A stretch of DNA of 64,000 bases from a virus (lineage: Duplodnaviria; Caudoviricetes): IMG/VR virus record IMGVR_UViG_3300037067_007193, positions 1 to 64,000 of that record; one strand, given 5' to 3'. Positions 25,218 to 34,969 of the stretch are shown here, piece after piece (within the stretch, counting starts at the first letter, position 1; each line of letters opens with the position of its first letter). A model generated the notes under the pieces. The model searched no databases, was not told where the DNA came from, and saw nothing but the letters and a program-made list of their open reading frames with translations. Both the position numbers and the translations under genes were made by a program.

Positions 25218-26216
25218 ATGAGGAAGACGTTTGTGGTGGTTTTGGTTTTGTGGTTCTGTTCCGGTCTATTGGCACAGGTAACAACGACGGCATGGGTAAC
25301 ATTTTCTACCCTGGATGATACTCTTGTTATAGGCAATCCCGTTAGGTCGATAACTGCGGATTTGACCGGACGTGTCTGGTGGGGAACGGCGCATGGATTA
25401 TATAAACAGAGTGGTGACTCATGCCTGAGATATATTTATGATGATTCAAGTTTTGCTCAGAAGTCCAGAAATAACATTCTTTCTGTGGTGACAACGGTTG
25501 CTGGTGATCTGTTTAGTGCTTCTCCTGTCGGCTTAACTCAACACTCCGGTTTCAGTTTTACGTCCGATTCGCTGATTACATATCCGATTTTACCAGATAG
25601 TGAAGTTACTATGTTGTGTCCCGACTCATCCGAAGATGGATTGATCTGGGGAGCTGGTGAGCAATGCTTGTGGCTGTGGGCCGACACGGTAGAAGCTAAA
25701 TTGACTACCACGAGTGGTCTGGCTGGATATAAGGTCTACGATATGGTTCATGATTCTACACATTCATTCTGGATAGCCACCAATGGTGGTGTTAGTCGTC
25801 TAATAGATAACCATTGGATAACTTATACTACTGTCAATAGCGGATTGAATGGTAATGTTTGTTATACCATTGCCGTATCCGGGCGAGATTCAAGTATCTG
25901 GTTCGGCGGGGATGACGGACTTGTCCAGTTTGATGGCGACACCACATGGACGGACTGGACGGATAGCCTTCCGAATCACCGGGTAAAAGATTTGGCCTTC
26001 TGCGCGGAAGATACGACCATGTGGGTGGCAACAGACAGTGGACTCGCAGCGTACAAGCCGAACCGCCCCTACCCTATCAGCACATGGAGAAAGTATTTCC
26101 CTGAAACCACCGGGGACAGCCTTCCGCAGTACCGGATTTTCTGTGTGTATCCCGACAGCGGTAAGTGCGTGTGGATCGGGCATTCGACCGGGGTTACAAG
26201 GCTGAAGGAGAACTGA
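25218..26216 (+). CDS. Secreted beta-propeller (two-component regulator propeller-like repeats)
   Basis: Signal peptide ...LLA|Q; repeats SGLAGYKVYDM, SGLNGNVCYTIA, SLPNHRVKDLA and WxAT/GG blades. Confidence 0.8.
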   Translation: MRKTFVVVLVLWFCSGLLAQVTTTAWVTFSTLDDTLVIGNPVRSITADLTGRVWWGTAHGLYKQSGDSCLRYIYDDSSFAQKSRNNILSVVTTVAGDLFSASPVGLTQHSGFSFTSDSLITYPILPDSEVTMLCPDSSEDGLIWGAGEQCLWLWADTVEAKLTTTSGLAGYKVYDMVHDSTHSFWIATNGGVSRLIDNHWITYTTVNSGLNGNVCYTIAVSGRDSSIWFGGDDGLVQFDGDTTWTDWTDSLPNHRVKDLAFCAEDTTMWVATDSGLAAYKPNRPYPISTWRKYFPETTGDSLPQYRIFCVYPDSGKCVWIGHSTGVTRLKEN

Positions 26217-26422
26217 TGATGAATGGGTTCGGCGCAATGAGGATTTGGGCATTTCAAAGGCAAAAAGAAACAAGCAAGCGAGGTGTGGCGTGGTTTAACG
26301 ACCAAGTGGGTCGCTTTGAAAAGGGCAAATACGATGCCCTGGAATTTGTTTTTATTAAAATGCTTTTGCAAATGTATCGCGATGAATTGTTTCAGGAAGA
26401 ATGGAACGAAGACGATGTGTGA
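26216..26422 (+). CDS. Hypothetical protein
   Basis: 68 aa, TGATG coupling. Confidence 0.55.
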   Translation: MMNGFGAMRIWAFQRQKETSKRGVAWFNDQVGRFEKGKYDALEFVFIKMLLQMYRDELFQEEWNEDDV

Positions 26423-26454
26423 ATTTTTTTAGCCGCCAATAACGGGAGCAGGAA

Positions 26455-26865
26455 ATGAATAGGTCTGGATTTTTTAAGAAGACGCTTACGGTTGCTGCGG
26501 CTGTTCCGGTGTTTAATTTACAATCCGATCTCGAAACAAAGCAACAAAAATTAAATATTTTCCCCGGTAAACATCCGAGATCATACGCGCATTTTATTCA
26601 AGAATGGGATAATAACAATGTTGTTATAATCACCCCGGAACTACAGTTTGAGTCCGAAAGATTCATGCGCTATCATAAGAAAACATATTTAGATAAAATA
26701 AAGTTGGGGTGTGACCCTACTATTTATTCTGGATGGGGTGTTTTCCACAACAACAATAAAGATGCAATAGATTTCTCATATAAATTCAAAGATTGGTGTG
26801 ATAAAAATTTCAAAGAACAGGGGTTAAACGATATAAAAATATATATTGGTCCCTATCTTGTGTAA
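26455..26865 (+). CDS. Hypothetical protein with degenerate Tat-like N-terminus; AT-rich
   Basis: MNRSGFFKK...AAAVP. Confidence 0.65.
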   Translation: MNRSGFFKKTLTVAAAVPVFNLQSDLETKQQKLNIFPGKHPRSYAHFIQEWDNNNVVIITPELQFESERFMRYHKKTYLDKIKLGCDPTIYSGWGVFHNNNKDAIDFSYKFKDWCDKNFKEQGLNDIKIYIGPYLV

Positions 26866-26904
26866 TTCTTAGCCACTTTTTAACGGAGGAATTATGAGCG
26901 CGAC

Positions 26905-28404
26905 ATGGCATTTCAGGCAACGAGAGCGGATGACGAACTCGTAAAGTATCTGGCTCAGTTCTGCGAAGACCCGCTTGGCTTTGTCATGGCTGTATATCCG
27001 TGGCAGAAACAAGGGACGCTATTAGAAAACGAAACCGGCCCCGATACGTGGCAGGCTGAATATCTGACAGAACTTGGGAAGCAAATCAAAGAATGTCACG
27101 AGGGCAAGCGCGAGATAGTTCAGATAGCCACCGCCAGCGGTCATGGGCCGGGCAAAACTTGTCTTGTGGCGTGGATAATTCATTGGTTTGAAAGCACTTA
27201 CCCGGACGCCCACCTTAACGTTACCGCCAATACCCAAGCGCAGTTGTCCGACAAGACGTGGCGCGAGTTGGCAAAGTGGAAAGCCCTTGCGATAAATGGA
27301 CACCATTTTGAATGGACGGCAACATCGTATCGGTTTCTTGGCAGAAAAGAAACTCAATATGCGATGGCGATTCCGTGGTCAGAGCATAATTCCGAAGCCA
27401 TAGCCGGTCTGCATGAGAAATATGTAGGGGTAATTTTCGATGAAGCGAGTGGAATTGCCAACATAATTTGGGAAGCTATATCCGGGGCGATGACCACTCC
27501 GGGCGCGATATGGCTGGTATTCGGCAACATGACCCGCGCATCAGGTAGATTTTTTGATTGCTTCCACAAAGAACGGCATCGCTGGAAGACGTTCTCGGTT
27601 GATTCTCGTACCGCGAAAAAAGCCAACAAGAAACTATTCCAGCAGTGGATTGATGACTACGGGATTGACAGCGATTATGTCCGGGTGCGCGTTCGCGGAC
27701 TTCCTCCAAAACAGGCTTCTCTACAGTTCATTGCGACAAACACAGTTGAAGATGCCCTCAGGCGAGAAATATCCCCCGACACCTACCGACACGCGGCAAA
27801 AATTCTTTCGGTCGATGTGGCGCGGTACGGGGATGATTCCACCGTATTCACGCTGCGTCAGGGATTGAAACTGTTCTGGAAGAAGAAGTATCGCGGCCTG
27901 AACACGATGGAAGTGGCGCAACTGACGGCGAGATTTGAAGACGAGGAAGAGCCGGATGCTGTATTTGTTGATGTTGTCGGTATTGGCGCTGGTGTAGTTG
28001 ATCGGGGTAGGCAACTCGGCAGGCAATGGCAAGAACACAACGGGGCGCACTCGTCATCGGATAAGCAGTTCGCAAATAAGAGGGCGCAGTGTTGGGGAGA
28101 AATGCGGTGGTGGCTCGAAAAGGCGGACATGAGTGCAATCCCGCAAGAACAGCGTCAGGAATTGATAGATGACCTCACCGGAATAGAATATTCGTATGAC
28201 CGCGTAGACAGACTCATCCTTGAGAAAAAAGAAGATATGAAGGCGCGTGGATTGGCCTCCCCCGACAACGCCGACTCTCTGGCCATCTCGTTTACACAGA
28301 AGGTTATTCCCCGCCAGATGATCCAAGACGAGTATGACTACCAAGAACATGAAAGGGCGACACGCAAGGCAGACTCTTCTCGTAACCCGATAACCGGATA
28401 TTAA
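26905..28404 (+). CDS. terL: Terminase large subunit
   Basis: ASGHGPGKT Walker A, VIFDEASG Walker B, SVDVARYGDD and PDNADSLA RNase H motifs. Confidence 0.95.
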   Translation: MAFQATRADDELVKYLAQFCEDPLGFVMAVYPWQKQGTLLENETGPDTWQAEYLTELGKQIKECHEGKREIVQIATASGHGPGKTCLVAWIIHWFESTYPDAHLNVTANTQAQLSDKTWRELAKWKALAINGHHFEWTATSYRFLGRKETQYAMAIPWSEHNSEAIAGLHEKYVGVIFDEASGIANIIWEAISGAMTTPGAIWLVFGNMTRASGRFFDCFHKERHRWKTFSVDSRTAKKANKKLFQQWIDDYGIDSDYVRVRVRGLPPKQASLQFIATNTVEDALRREISPDTYRHAAKILSVDVARYGDDSTVFTLRQGLKLFWKKKYRGLNTMEVAQLTARFEDEEEPDAVFVDVVGIGAGVVDRGRQLGRQWQEHNGAHSSSDKQFANKRAQCWGEMRWWLEKADMSAIPQEQRQELIDDLTGIEYSYDRVDRLILEKKEDMKARGLASPDNADSLAISFTQKVIPRQMIQDEYDYQEHERATRKADSSRNPITGY

Positions 28405-28434
28405 TGTCTTCTTATAGACAACTCTTCTTATGCA

Positions 28435-30474
28435 GTGGAGATTTACGCAATGGCAATGGAAGTTGCAAATCCCGAAAAAGTAAAACGCAACAAGGGTGTA
28501 AAGAAACTTCTCGATTTCATCGGTGAACTGAACATAGCCGACAAGTTCAACGATGTAGACGGGCAGCGCGAGTTGGATGAGATCGGGCATCTTGTCTGTG
28601 ACGAGTTCAAGATAGACAAGGAAAGCCGCAAGGATTGGGAAACTCAGATGGAAATAGCGGACAAACTTGTCCGTCTGTTGGCTGAGAGAAAGACTTTCCC
28701 GTGGGACGGGGCCAGCAATGCCATCTATCCCCTAATGGCACAGGCGGCGATACAGTTCAACTCCCGCAGCCTGCCCCTGATGACAAAAGCGCAACGCGCT
28801 ACGAAGTGCCGTGTCAACGGTCCCGACCCACAAGGCATCAAGGCAAAAATAGCCGATCTTGTTGGTGAACACATGAGTTGGCAGTTACTTGACGAGATGG
28901 ATGACTGGCTTGGCGAACAGGACTCCATGCTTCTGGCGCTGCCGATCATGGGTTGCGCCTTCAAGAAGGTGTACCGCGACATCCCGAACCAGCGCAATGC
29001 CTCTGAATACTATTCCCCGATGGACATAGTAATAAACTACAAAGCCCGGAACATGCAGTCGGCAAAGCGTATCACGCACGTGTTCGAGTTGTCCAAGCGC
29101 GAGATAGTGGAGCGCCAGCGTGCGGGGATTTTCCTTGAGATAGACTTGGGGCATGGAGACCAGAAGGCCGAGACGGGTGACATCAAAGAACAAGACCCGT
29201 CATTCGTTCTTCTGGAACAGCACCGTTGGCTTGACTTGGATGATGACGGTCTGGATGAGCCATACATCGTGACCGTTCACCAGGATTCTGAAAAGGTTCT
29301 GCGCATCCGCCCGCGCTATGATGAGCGCGGAATCGTCCTGACAGCGGATGAGAAGCGCATAGCCAGAATAAAGCCAATTCAGTTTTTCGTGCGGTATCTG
29401 TTTATGCCATCCCCGGACAGGAACATCTATGGCTACGGCTTCGGGCAACTACTTCTGCATCCGAGCGTCCTGATTAACAGTATCATCAACCAGACGATAG
29501 ATGCCGGGACGTGGTACAACACGAACGCCGGATTCGTGTCGCGTGATTTAGGGGCCGGGCGCGGTTTGGTGACATTCCAGCCGAATGAGAAGAAAGTAGT
29601 CGATTCGGTCGATGACATCAACAAGAAGATATTCATGCTTCCGGCCCGCGAACCGAGTCAGACTTTGTTCAGTGTTCTTGGGCTTCTGCTTGAGGCGTCT
29701 GAGCGGCTTGGAAACAGCGTGGATGTCCTGACCGGAGAACACAGCACATCCAACCAGCCCGCCAGCACGACACTCGCCCTGATCGAACAGGGGTTAAAGT
29801 TCTACAAGGCGGCGATCGGAAGACTGTTCAAGGGCTTGAAAGACGAGTTCAAGTTGCTGTTCGACCTGAATGCCCGGTATATGTCCGCGACCGAGGAACA
29901 GTTCTTCCGCTTGTTTGAGACGGAGGACAGAACCATATCCGGCGCGGCGTACAACACCGAATCGCTGGACGTGGTTCCGGTGAGTGCGAACGAGGAAGTA
30001 ACTGTTGTCGAGAAACTGATAAAGGCGGAACAGTTGCAGCAGTGGTCGGCGCAGCGCGGCTTCCCGTGGCAAGTTCAGAGGAACATAGACCTCCGCTATC
30101 TTGAGGCGTTGGGACAGGAAGACATTGACGCAATACTTCCTCCACCCGATTGGCAACCACCGACAGACCCGAAGGTTGAACTGGACAGAATGAAACTTGA
30201 ACTGGATGCCAAGAAGTTGAAGAACGAAGACATGAAGATGGGTATGGAGTTGCAGAAGCTTCCTCTGGAACTGATGAAACTGAAACTTGAGTTGCTGGAA
30301 AAGAAGGAAGGCATCAAGGACAAGGCACTCAAGGCGCAGGTGGATGCCGCAGCGAAAATCGCGGATTCGGACACAAAGAGAAAGAAGGTTGAAGTTCAGG
30401 ATAAGATGGCAGATAACCAGGTCAAGATTGCGGCAAGCAAGCCGAAACCCAAAGCGACGGGAGCGAAGAAATGA
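28435..30474 (+). CDS. Portal protein (podovirus-type)
   Basis: 679 aa after terL; PWDGASN, DSMLLALPIMGCAFKKVY; coiled-coil barrel C-terminus. Confidence 0.9.
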   Translation: MEIYAMAMEVANPEKVKRNKGVKKLLDFIGELNIADKFNDVDGQRELDEIGHLVCDEFKIDKESRKDWETQMEIADKLVRLLAERKTFPWDGASNAIYPLMAQAAIQFNSRSLPLMTKAQRATKCRVNGPDPQGIKAKIADLVGEHMSWQLLDEMDDWLGEQDSMLLALPIMGCAFKKVYRDIPNQRNASEYYSPMDIVINYKARNMQSAKRITHVFELSKREIVERQRAGIFLEIDLGHGDQKAETGDIKEQDPSFVLLEQHRWLDLDDDGLDEPYIVTVHQDSEKVLRIRPRYDERGIVLTADEKRIARIKPIQFFVRYLFMPSPDRNIYGYGFGQLLLHPSVLINSIINQTIDAGTWYNTNAGFVSRDLGAGRGLVTFQPNEKKVVDSVDDINKKIFMLPAREPSQTLFSVLGLLLEASERLGNSVDVLTGEHSTSNQPASTTLALIEQGLKFYKAAIGRLFKGLKDEFKLLFDLNARYMSATEEQFFRLFETEDRTISGAAYNTESLDVVPVSANEEVTVVEKLIKAEQLQQWSAQRGFPWQVQRNIDLRYLEALGQEDIDAILPPPDWQPPTDPKVELDRMKLELDAKKLKNEDMKMGMELQKLPLELMKLKLELLEKKEGIKDKALKAQVDAAAKIADSDTKRKKVEVQDKMADNQVKIAASKPKPKATGAKK

Positions 30475-30725
30475 TTCTGGTGGAAGGCATCAGCAAGGAA
30501 GATTTTGAGGCGTGGAAGTCGGCTATCCTGACGCAGCATATCTTAGCGTCAGTCCGAAAAGCCCGCGATGAGAAAGGCGATTACATGCGGCGCGGTCAAA
30601 CTCTGGACGCAAACAGCGCAGAACGCACGCAAGCCTTGACAGCAGAGGCTTTTGGATATTGTGCCGCCCTGAACGATGTCCTAACGATGGAAGCCGATGA
30701 AAAAATAAATCCCGTTATCTCTTGA
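30471..30725 (+). CDS. Conserved small protein downstream of portal
   Basis: 84 aa, ATGA coupling. Confidence 0.7.
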   Translation: MILVEGISKEDFEAWKSAILTQHILASVRKARDEKGDYMRRGQTLDANSAERTQALTAEAFGYCAALNDVLTMEADEKINPVIS

Positions 30726-30750
30726 CAAAAAGGTCTTTTTATATTATATT
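30722..30750 (+). promoter_or_regulatory. sigma70 promoter
   Basis: TTGACA-17-TATATT. Confidence 0.75.
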
Positions 30751-30764
30751 GGAGATGAGAGAAT

Positions 30765-30950
30765 ATGGAACGTTCTCAACTTTTCCGTTTGATACAGGAA
30801 AAGATTGATGCGGAGATAGGAAACAAGCTGAACGGGCGTGTGGTTTTTACCGTAAGTCTTGGAGATGGTGGTATCCGGTTGTGCGAGTGCCAGACGACCG
30901 AGATTCTTCAGATACAGAAAAAGCCCGAACTGAAGGTGATAGCAAAGTAA
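30765..30950 (+). CDS. Small hypothetical protein
   Basis: 61 aa downstream of the 30722 promoter. Confidence 0.65.
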   Translation: MERSQLFRLIQEKIDAEIGNKLNGRVVFTVSLGDGGIRLCECQTTEILQIQKKPELKVIAK

Positions 30951-30953
30951 ATT

Positions 30954-31128
30954 ACGCGGCGGGCTTTGTCCCGCACCCCCCCCGTTGCGACTCTTTAGCG
31001 TTGTGGGAGCCGCCCGCCGCGTGAACATATTGTAGTAAAGATTCGGCACTAAGAATCTCGCCCCAAAGGGCGACCATTCGATAGCCCGGATGGAAGAGGA
31101 TAAAACCTCTCCTGTCCGGGCCTTTTTT
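30954..31128 (+). ncRNA. Structured 3'-UTR RNA / candidate sRNA ending in an intrinsic terminator
   Basis: 11-bp ACGCGGCGGGC stem, UCCCGCA/UGUGGGA, loop CGACUCUU, two further hairpins, GCCCGGA/UCCGGGC plus U-tract; G-U pairs favour the + strand. Confidence 0.55.
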
Positions 31129-31157
31129 ATTTTACCCCTATCCAGAAGGCGACAGCC

Positions 31158-31526
31158 ATGCAGAAAACCCCTCTACTCACCCGCGAAACAATGAAAACCC
31201 GCACTGAGGACTGCCCTCCCGGAAGACCGGCAGGACACCGACTCCTTGTGCGAGTTGAAACCAAAGAAGAAAAAGTCGGAAGCATTATTATTCCCGAACA
31301 ACACGGAGAGGCCTGTGAACGGGCCAAGGTGTTGTGCGTGGGAGAAAACGCTTTTATGGGATACGGCGACAGCCATCCGTGGTGCGAAGCTGGCGACATA
31401 ATTCATTTCGTGCGCTATGCTGGTAAGGAAGTCGTGTTTTTAGGCGACACCAGCAAATACCGGGTGATTAATGACGAGGATGTCTATTGGGTTTGCGACA
31501 AGGAAGCGGGGGTGACTCGTGGCTGA
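31158..31526 (+). CDS. groES: GroES-like co-chaperonin
   Basis: PAGHRLLV, GSIIIP, KVLCVG, GDIIHFVRYAG, VINDEDV. Confidence 0.85.
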   Translation: MQKTPLLTRETMKTRTEDCPPGRPAGHRLLVRVETKEEKVGSIIIPEQHGEACERAKVLCVGENAFMGYGDSHPWCEAGDIIHFVRYAGKEVVFLGDTSKYRVINDEDVYWVCDKEAGVTRG

Positions 31527-32442
31527 TGAAAAGAAACCCCTCGAAGTTGGAGATCGGATTTTCCCGCCGGAAGATGGGGGAGATGCCAAGGACGGCGACA
31601 ATACAGAAGATTATGGCGGATATACACCCGACAGTGATGTAGTGAAACTGGCATCTTCGCATGGTTGGAAGCCCAAGAACGAACACAAGGGCGACCGTGA
31701 ATGGGTTGACCCGTACAAGTTTGTGGATGCTCAGTGGATTATCAACGGGGCTACCAAGAACGCGAATAAAAATCTTGAACGGCAGGTTGACCAGTTGACG
31801 CAGAAACTCAATCAGGTCACGCAGCATTTCGATGAAATGAACCGCCGGGAACAGGATAAGGTTCACTCCGAACTCAAGGCCATGAAGGTAGAGGCCATCA
31901 AAGAGGGCGATGCTGACAAGGTTGAAGAAATAGATGCGAAGATAAGCGAACTCAAGGAAACCGCGCCCTCGCGTGGCAATGCGGCTGACCCCGCTATCTC
32001 GCAGTGGTTGACCGACAACCCGTGGTACAGGCCAGAAGGCCAAGGTGCTGATGCGGATGTCTCGGACGTGATTGAACTCGTTGAAGAACTCAACACGCAG
32101 TACAAAGACCTCTCACCCAAGTTCCGCCTTGCCAAAATCGACCGCGAAGTTGCCGACTACATCGAGTTGCGCCGTCCGGAACTGAAAGAGAAGTACAAGT
32201 TCGCCGGGATACGGCAGGCCAATACCGCCGCTCCGAAAGATGATGATGCCGGTGAACGCAAGGAACGCAAGGCCATCTCGGATGTTGAGGGCAACGCAGT
32301 CGGCGGCAGTCGGCGTGGTAAGGACATCACCTATTCCCAACTCACCCCGGAAGAGAAAGCCGCCTGTGACTCTACGGTAGCTGAAGTCCAGGGAATGACC
32401 CGCGAAAAGTGGCTTGCCGGTTACAGCAAGCTGAGAGGATAA
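31519..32442 (+). CDS. Scaffolding protein (probable)
   Basis: GWKPKNEHKGD..WVD; coiled coil; position before the capsid genes. Confidence 0.7.
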   Translation: MADEKKPLEVGDRIFPPEDGGDAKDGDNTEDYGGYTPDSDVVKLASSHGWKPKNEHKGDREWVDPYKFVDAQWIINGATKNANKNLERQVDQLTQKLNQVTQHFDEMNRREQDKVHSELKAMKVEAIKEGDADKVEEIDAKISELKETAPSRGNAADPAISQWLTDNPWYRPEGQGADADVSDVIELVEELNTQYKDLSPKFRLAKIDREVADYIELRRPELKEKYKFAGIRQANTAAPKDDDAGERKERKAISDVEGNAVGGSRRGKDITYSQLTPEEKAACDSTVAEVQGMTREKWLAGYSKLRG

Positions 32443-32446
32443 CCCC

Positions 32447-33286
32447 ATGTCCATAGACATTTGCAAAACCTACGCACTGTCCTTCAAGGGCGGTCTGTAC
32501 GTCAAGGCGGATGGCAACCCGATAGACACGCGGTATGCCAACATAGTCCGCTCCAAAATGGAAAAAGACGGACTCAAGGTGGTCATCATGCCCTTGAATC
32601 CCTTAGACCCCAAGAAAGTTGGAATAAAAGTGCATGACCCAAGCAAGGCTACAGAGCCTACCCCCGAAACGGCAGTAACAGAAGCGCCCAAGAAACCCGC
32701 AGAGGGTGAAGAAAAATCCATAGAGGATTTGCGCAAGGAAGTGGCTGAGTTGAAGGAACGCCGGGAGTTGGAACGCGAACTGGCAGACCTGAAAGGTGAG
32801 GACGCTCCCACTCAGGAATTGTCACGCGGCAACGCTCCAAGCGGCAGACCGAGACGCAAGCCCTTCAAAAGAGATGTTCTTGATTTACCCTCGACTCCTG
32901 GGTTTGAACGCAGATGGGTGAATGACGTACAGGACGGGATGCGCATTGCTGGATTAAAAGAAGAGGGATGGGAAGTTGACCCCGATCAGACAGCCACACT
33001 GGATGTCGATGGGGACGTAAACCGTCCGAGTCAGTTTGGTTCAGCTACATCCCGGCATGTCGGCGTAAAAACCGATGGCAGTGCCATGAAGGCCGTCCTG
33101 ATGCGCAAGCGCAAGGACTGGTACGATGAGGACCGCGCCGAAGGACAGAAGGAAGAGGACAGGAAGATGGCTAATCTTGTCGCTCCTCCGAAAGGTCTTC
33201 GCGGCATCAAAGGTCCGGATGGCAATATCAGTCCGCTGGCGCTCCAGGTCGAGGGTTACGAATCGGAAGTTGAAAGACGCATTTAA
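32447..33286 (+). CDS. Conserved head-module protein
   Basis: FERRWVND...GWE...AVLMRKRKDWYDED motif; position in head module. Confidence 0.7.
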   Translation: MSIDICKTYALSFKGGLYVKADGNPIDTRYANIVRSKMEKDGLKVVIMPLNPLDPKKVGIKVHDPSKATEPTPETAVTEAPKKPAEGEEKSIEDLRKEVAELKERRELERELADLKGEDAPTQELSRGNAPSGRPRRKPFKRDVLDLPSTPGFERRWVNDVQDGMRIAGLKEEGWEVDPDQTATLDVDGDVNRPSQFGSATSRHVGVKTDGSAMKAVLMRKRKDWYDEDRAEGQKEEDRKMANLVAPPKGLRGIKGPDGNISPLALQVEGYESEVERRI

Positions 33287-33307
33287 TCGTAACCTGGAGT
33301 TTTTAAA

Positions 33308-33952
33308 GTGGCAAATACTGATCGAGTCAATGGGTTTAGGCCCGTTGGCACTCTTGGTGGAGGGCTTGGCAATCTCGGCTTCATCCAGAAATGCCTTGTG
33401 GATGAGGACGATTCCACCGCCCTTGCTGTGAATGATGTTGTAAAACTGGCTTCCGGCAACGAAAGTCTCGGCCTCGCTACCGTGACCGCCGCTGCCGCTG
33501 GCAACACGCCCTACGGTGTTGTTGTCGGTTTCGAGAATTGGGACGGTTCGGACAGTTCGGTGACTCAGACCCTTGAGAAACCGCGTATCCGTTCTGCCTC
33601 TGTTCGTGGTTATGCCCTCGTTGCAATCGCCCCCGACCTGATTATGGAAACTCAGATTTCCACGGGTGGCGATCTCGAAGACGGCGACATCGGTGCTAAG
33701 GCCGATCTGACTGCCGCTGGTGCTGACACCACGGCGCAGACCTCCGGTATGGAACTCGACTACAGCACGATGGCCGCTACCGCTACTCTGATGTTCCACA
33801 TCCTTCAGATGGTTGAGCGTGCGGATAACGCCCTTGGCGCTCATGCGAAGGTGTGGGTGACGTTCAACGCCCACGAACTCGGACGCGGCTGCTACTACTT
33901 AGACACTGGTGGATCGGCTGACGTGGCTGGACAAGTTGGTGTTCACGCTTAA
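33308..33952 (+). CDS. Head decoration / minor capsid protein (probable)
   Basis: MANTDRVNGFRPVG N-terminus directly upstream of the major capsid gene. Confidence 0.65.
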   Translation: MANTDRVNGFRPVGTLGGGLGNLGFIQKCLVDEDDSTALAVNDVVKLASGNESLGLATVTAAAAGNTPYGVVVGFENWDGSDSSVTQTLEKPRIRSASVRGYALVAIAPDLIMETQISTGGDLEDGDIGAKADLTAAGADTTAQTSGMELDYSTMAATATLMFHILQMVERADNALGAHAKVWVTFNAHELGRGCYYLDTGGSADVAGQVGVHA

Positions 33953-33975
33953 TCCCTGGCTAATGGAGAATTGAA

Positions 33976-34893
33976 ATGGCTATTACTCGCGGTTCTTTGA
34001 GTAAGATGCTCGTACAGGGACTGAACGCCATCTATGAACAGTCCTACAACGAGTACGCACCGATTTACCCCAAAGTGTTCATGTACAACAAGTCCTCGAA
34101 GGCTTACGAAGAGGACGCTGGCATTGTCGGAACCGGTCTGGCCCCAATAATCACCGAGGGTGCGCCGGTTTCGATGGACACGATCACTCAGGGCTTCATT
34201 CAGCGGTATACCCACACCAAGTACGGCTTGGGCTTTACCGTGACGATGGAAGCATACGAGGACAATCAGTATCGGCTTACGCAGCAGATGCTCCGCAGTC
34301 CCCGCGCTCTTGGCCGTTCCATCCGCGTGACGCAGGAAACGATTGCGCACAACGTATTCAACCGCGCCTTCAACAGTTCCTACAAGGGTGCTGATGGCAA
34401 GGAAATGTGCGCGACCGACCACCCGAACGCTGGTGGTGCTGGCGGAACGTACCAGAACGAACCTACCACTCCCGCCGACCTGAGCGAAGCGGCTCTTGAA
34501 CAGGCCAAGATCACGATTTCCCGGTGGACTGACTCTCGTGGTCTGCCCGTGAATGCACGTATCAAGACCCTGTTTGTCCCGTCCGACCTGTCGTTTGAGG
34601 CGTACAGGATAACCAAGAGCGTGCTGCGCACCGGCTCTGCCGAGAATGACCCGAACGCTCTTCGCGCTATGGGCATCATTCCGGAAGTAATCGAAAGCCC
34701 GTACCTGACAGATACGGATGCGTGGTTCCTCATCACCGACGTACCTGACGGCCTGAAGTATTTCGAGCGTCTGGCCCCGAAGTTTGACGAGGACAACGAT
34801 TTCTTGACGGACAACGCGATGTACAAAGCGGTGTTCCGTGCCTGTTGGGGATGGACCGATCCCAAAGGAATATGGGGAAGTCCGGGAAAATAG
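33976..34893 (+). CDS. Major capsid protein (HK97 fold)
   Basis: 305 aa; SSKAYEE, YTHTKYGLGFTVT, YLTDTDAWFL, GWTDPKGIWGSPG. Confidence 0.9.
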   Translation: MAITRGSLSKMLVQGLNAIYEQSYNEYAPIYPKVFMYNKSSKAYEEDAGIVGTGLAPIITEGAPVSMDTITQGFIQRYTHTKYGLGFTVTMEAYEDNQYRLTQQMLRSPRALGRSIRVTQETIAHNVFNRAFNSSYKGADGKEMCATDHPNAGGAGGTYQNEPTTPADLSEAALEQAKITISRWTDSRGLPVNARIKTLFVPSDLSFEAYRITKSVLRTGSAENDPNALRAMGIIPEVIESPYLTDTDAWFLITDVPDGLKYFERLAPKFDEDNDFLTDNAMYKAVFRACWGWTDPKGIWGSPGK

Positions 34894-34969
34894 GCAATTC
34901 GTTGCATTGGATGATGAAGGTGCGGAGGTCTGTGCGTACTCCGCACCGAGTCTTACAGGACACGAGACA

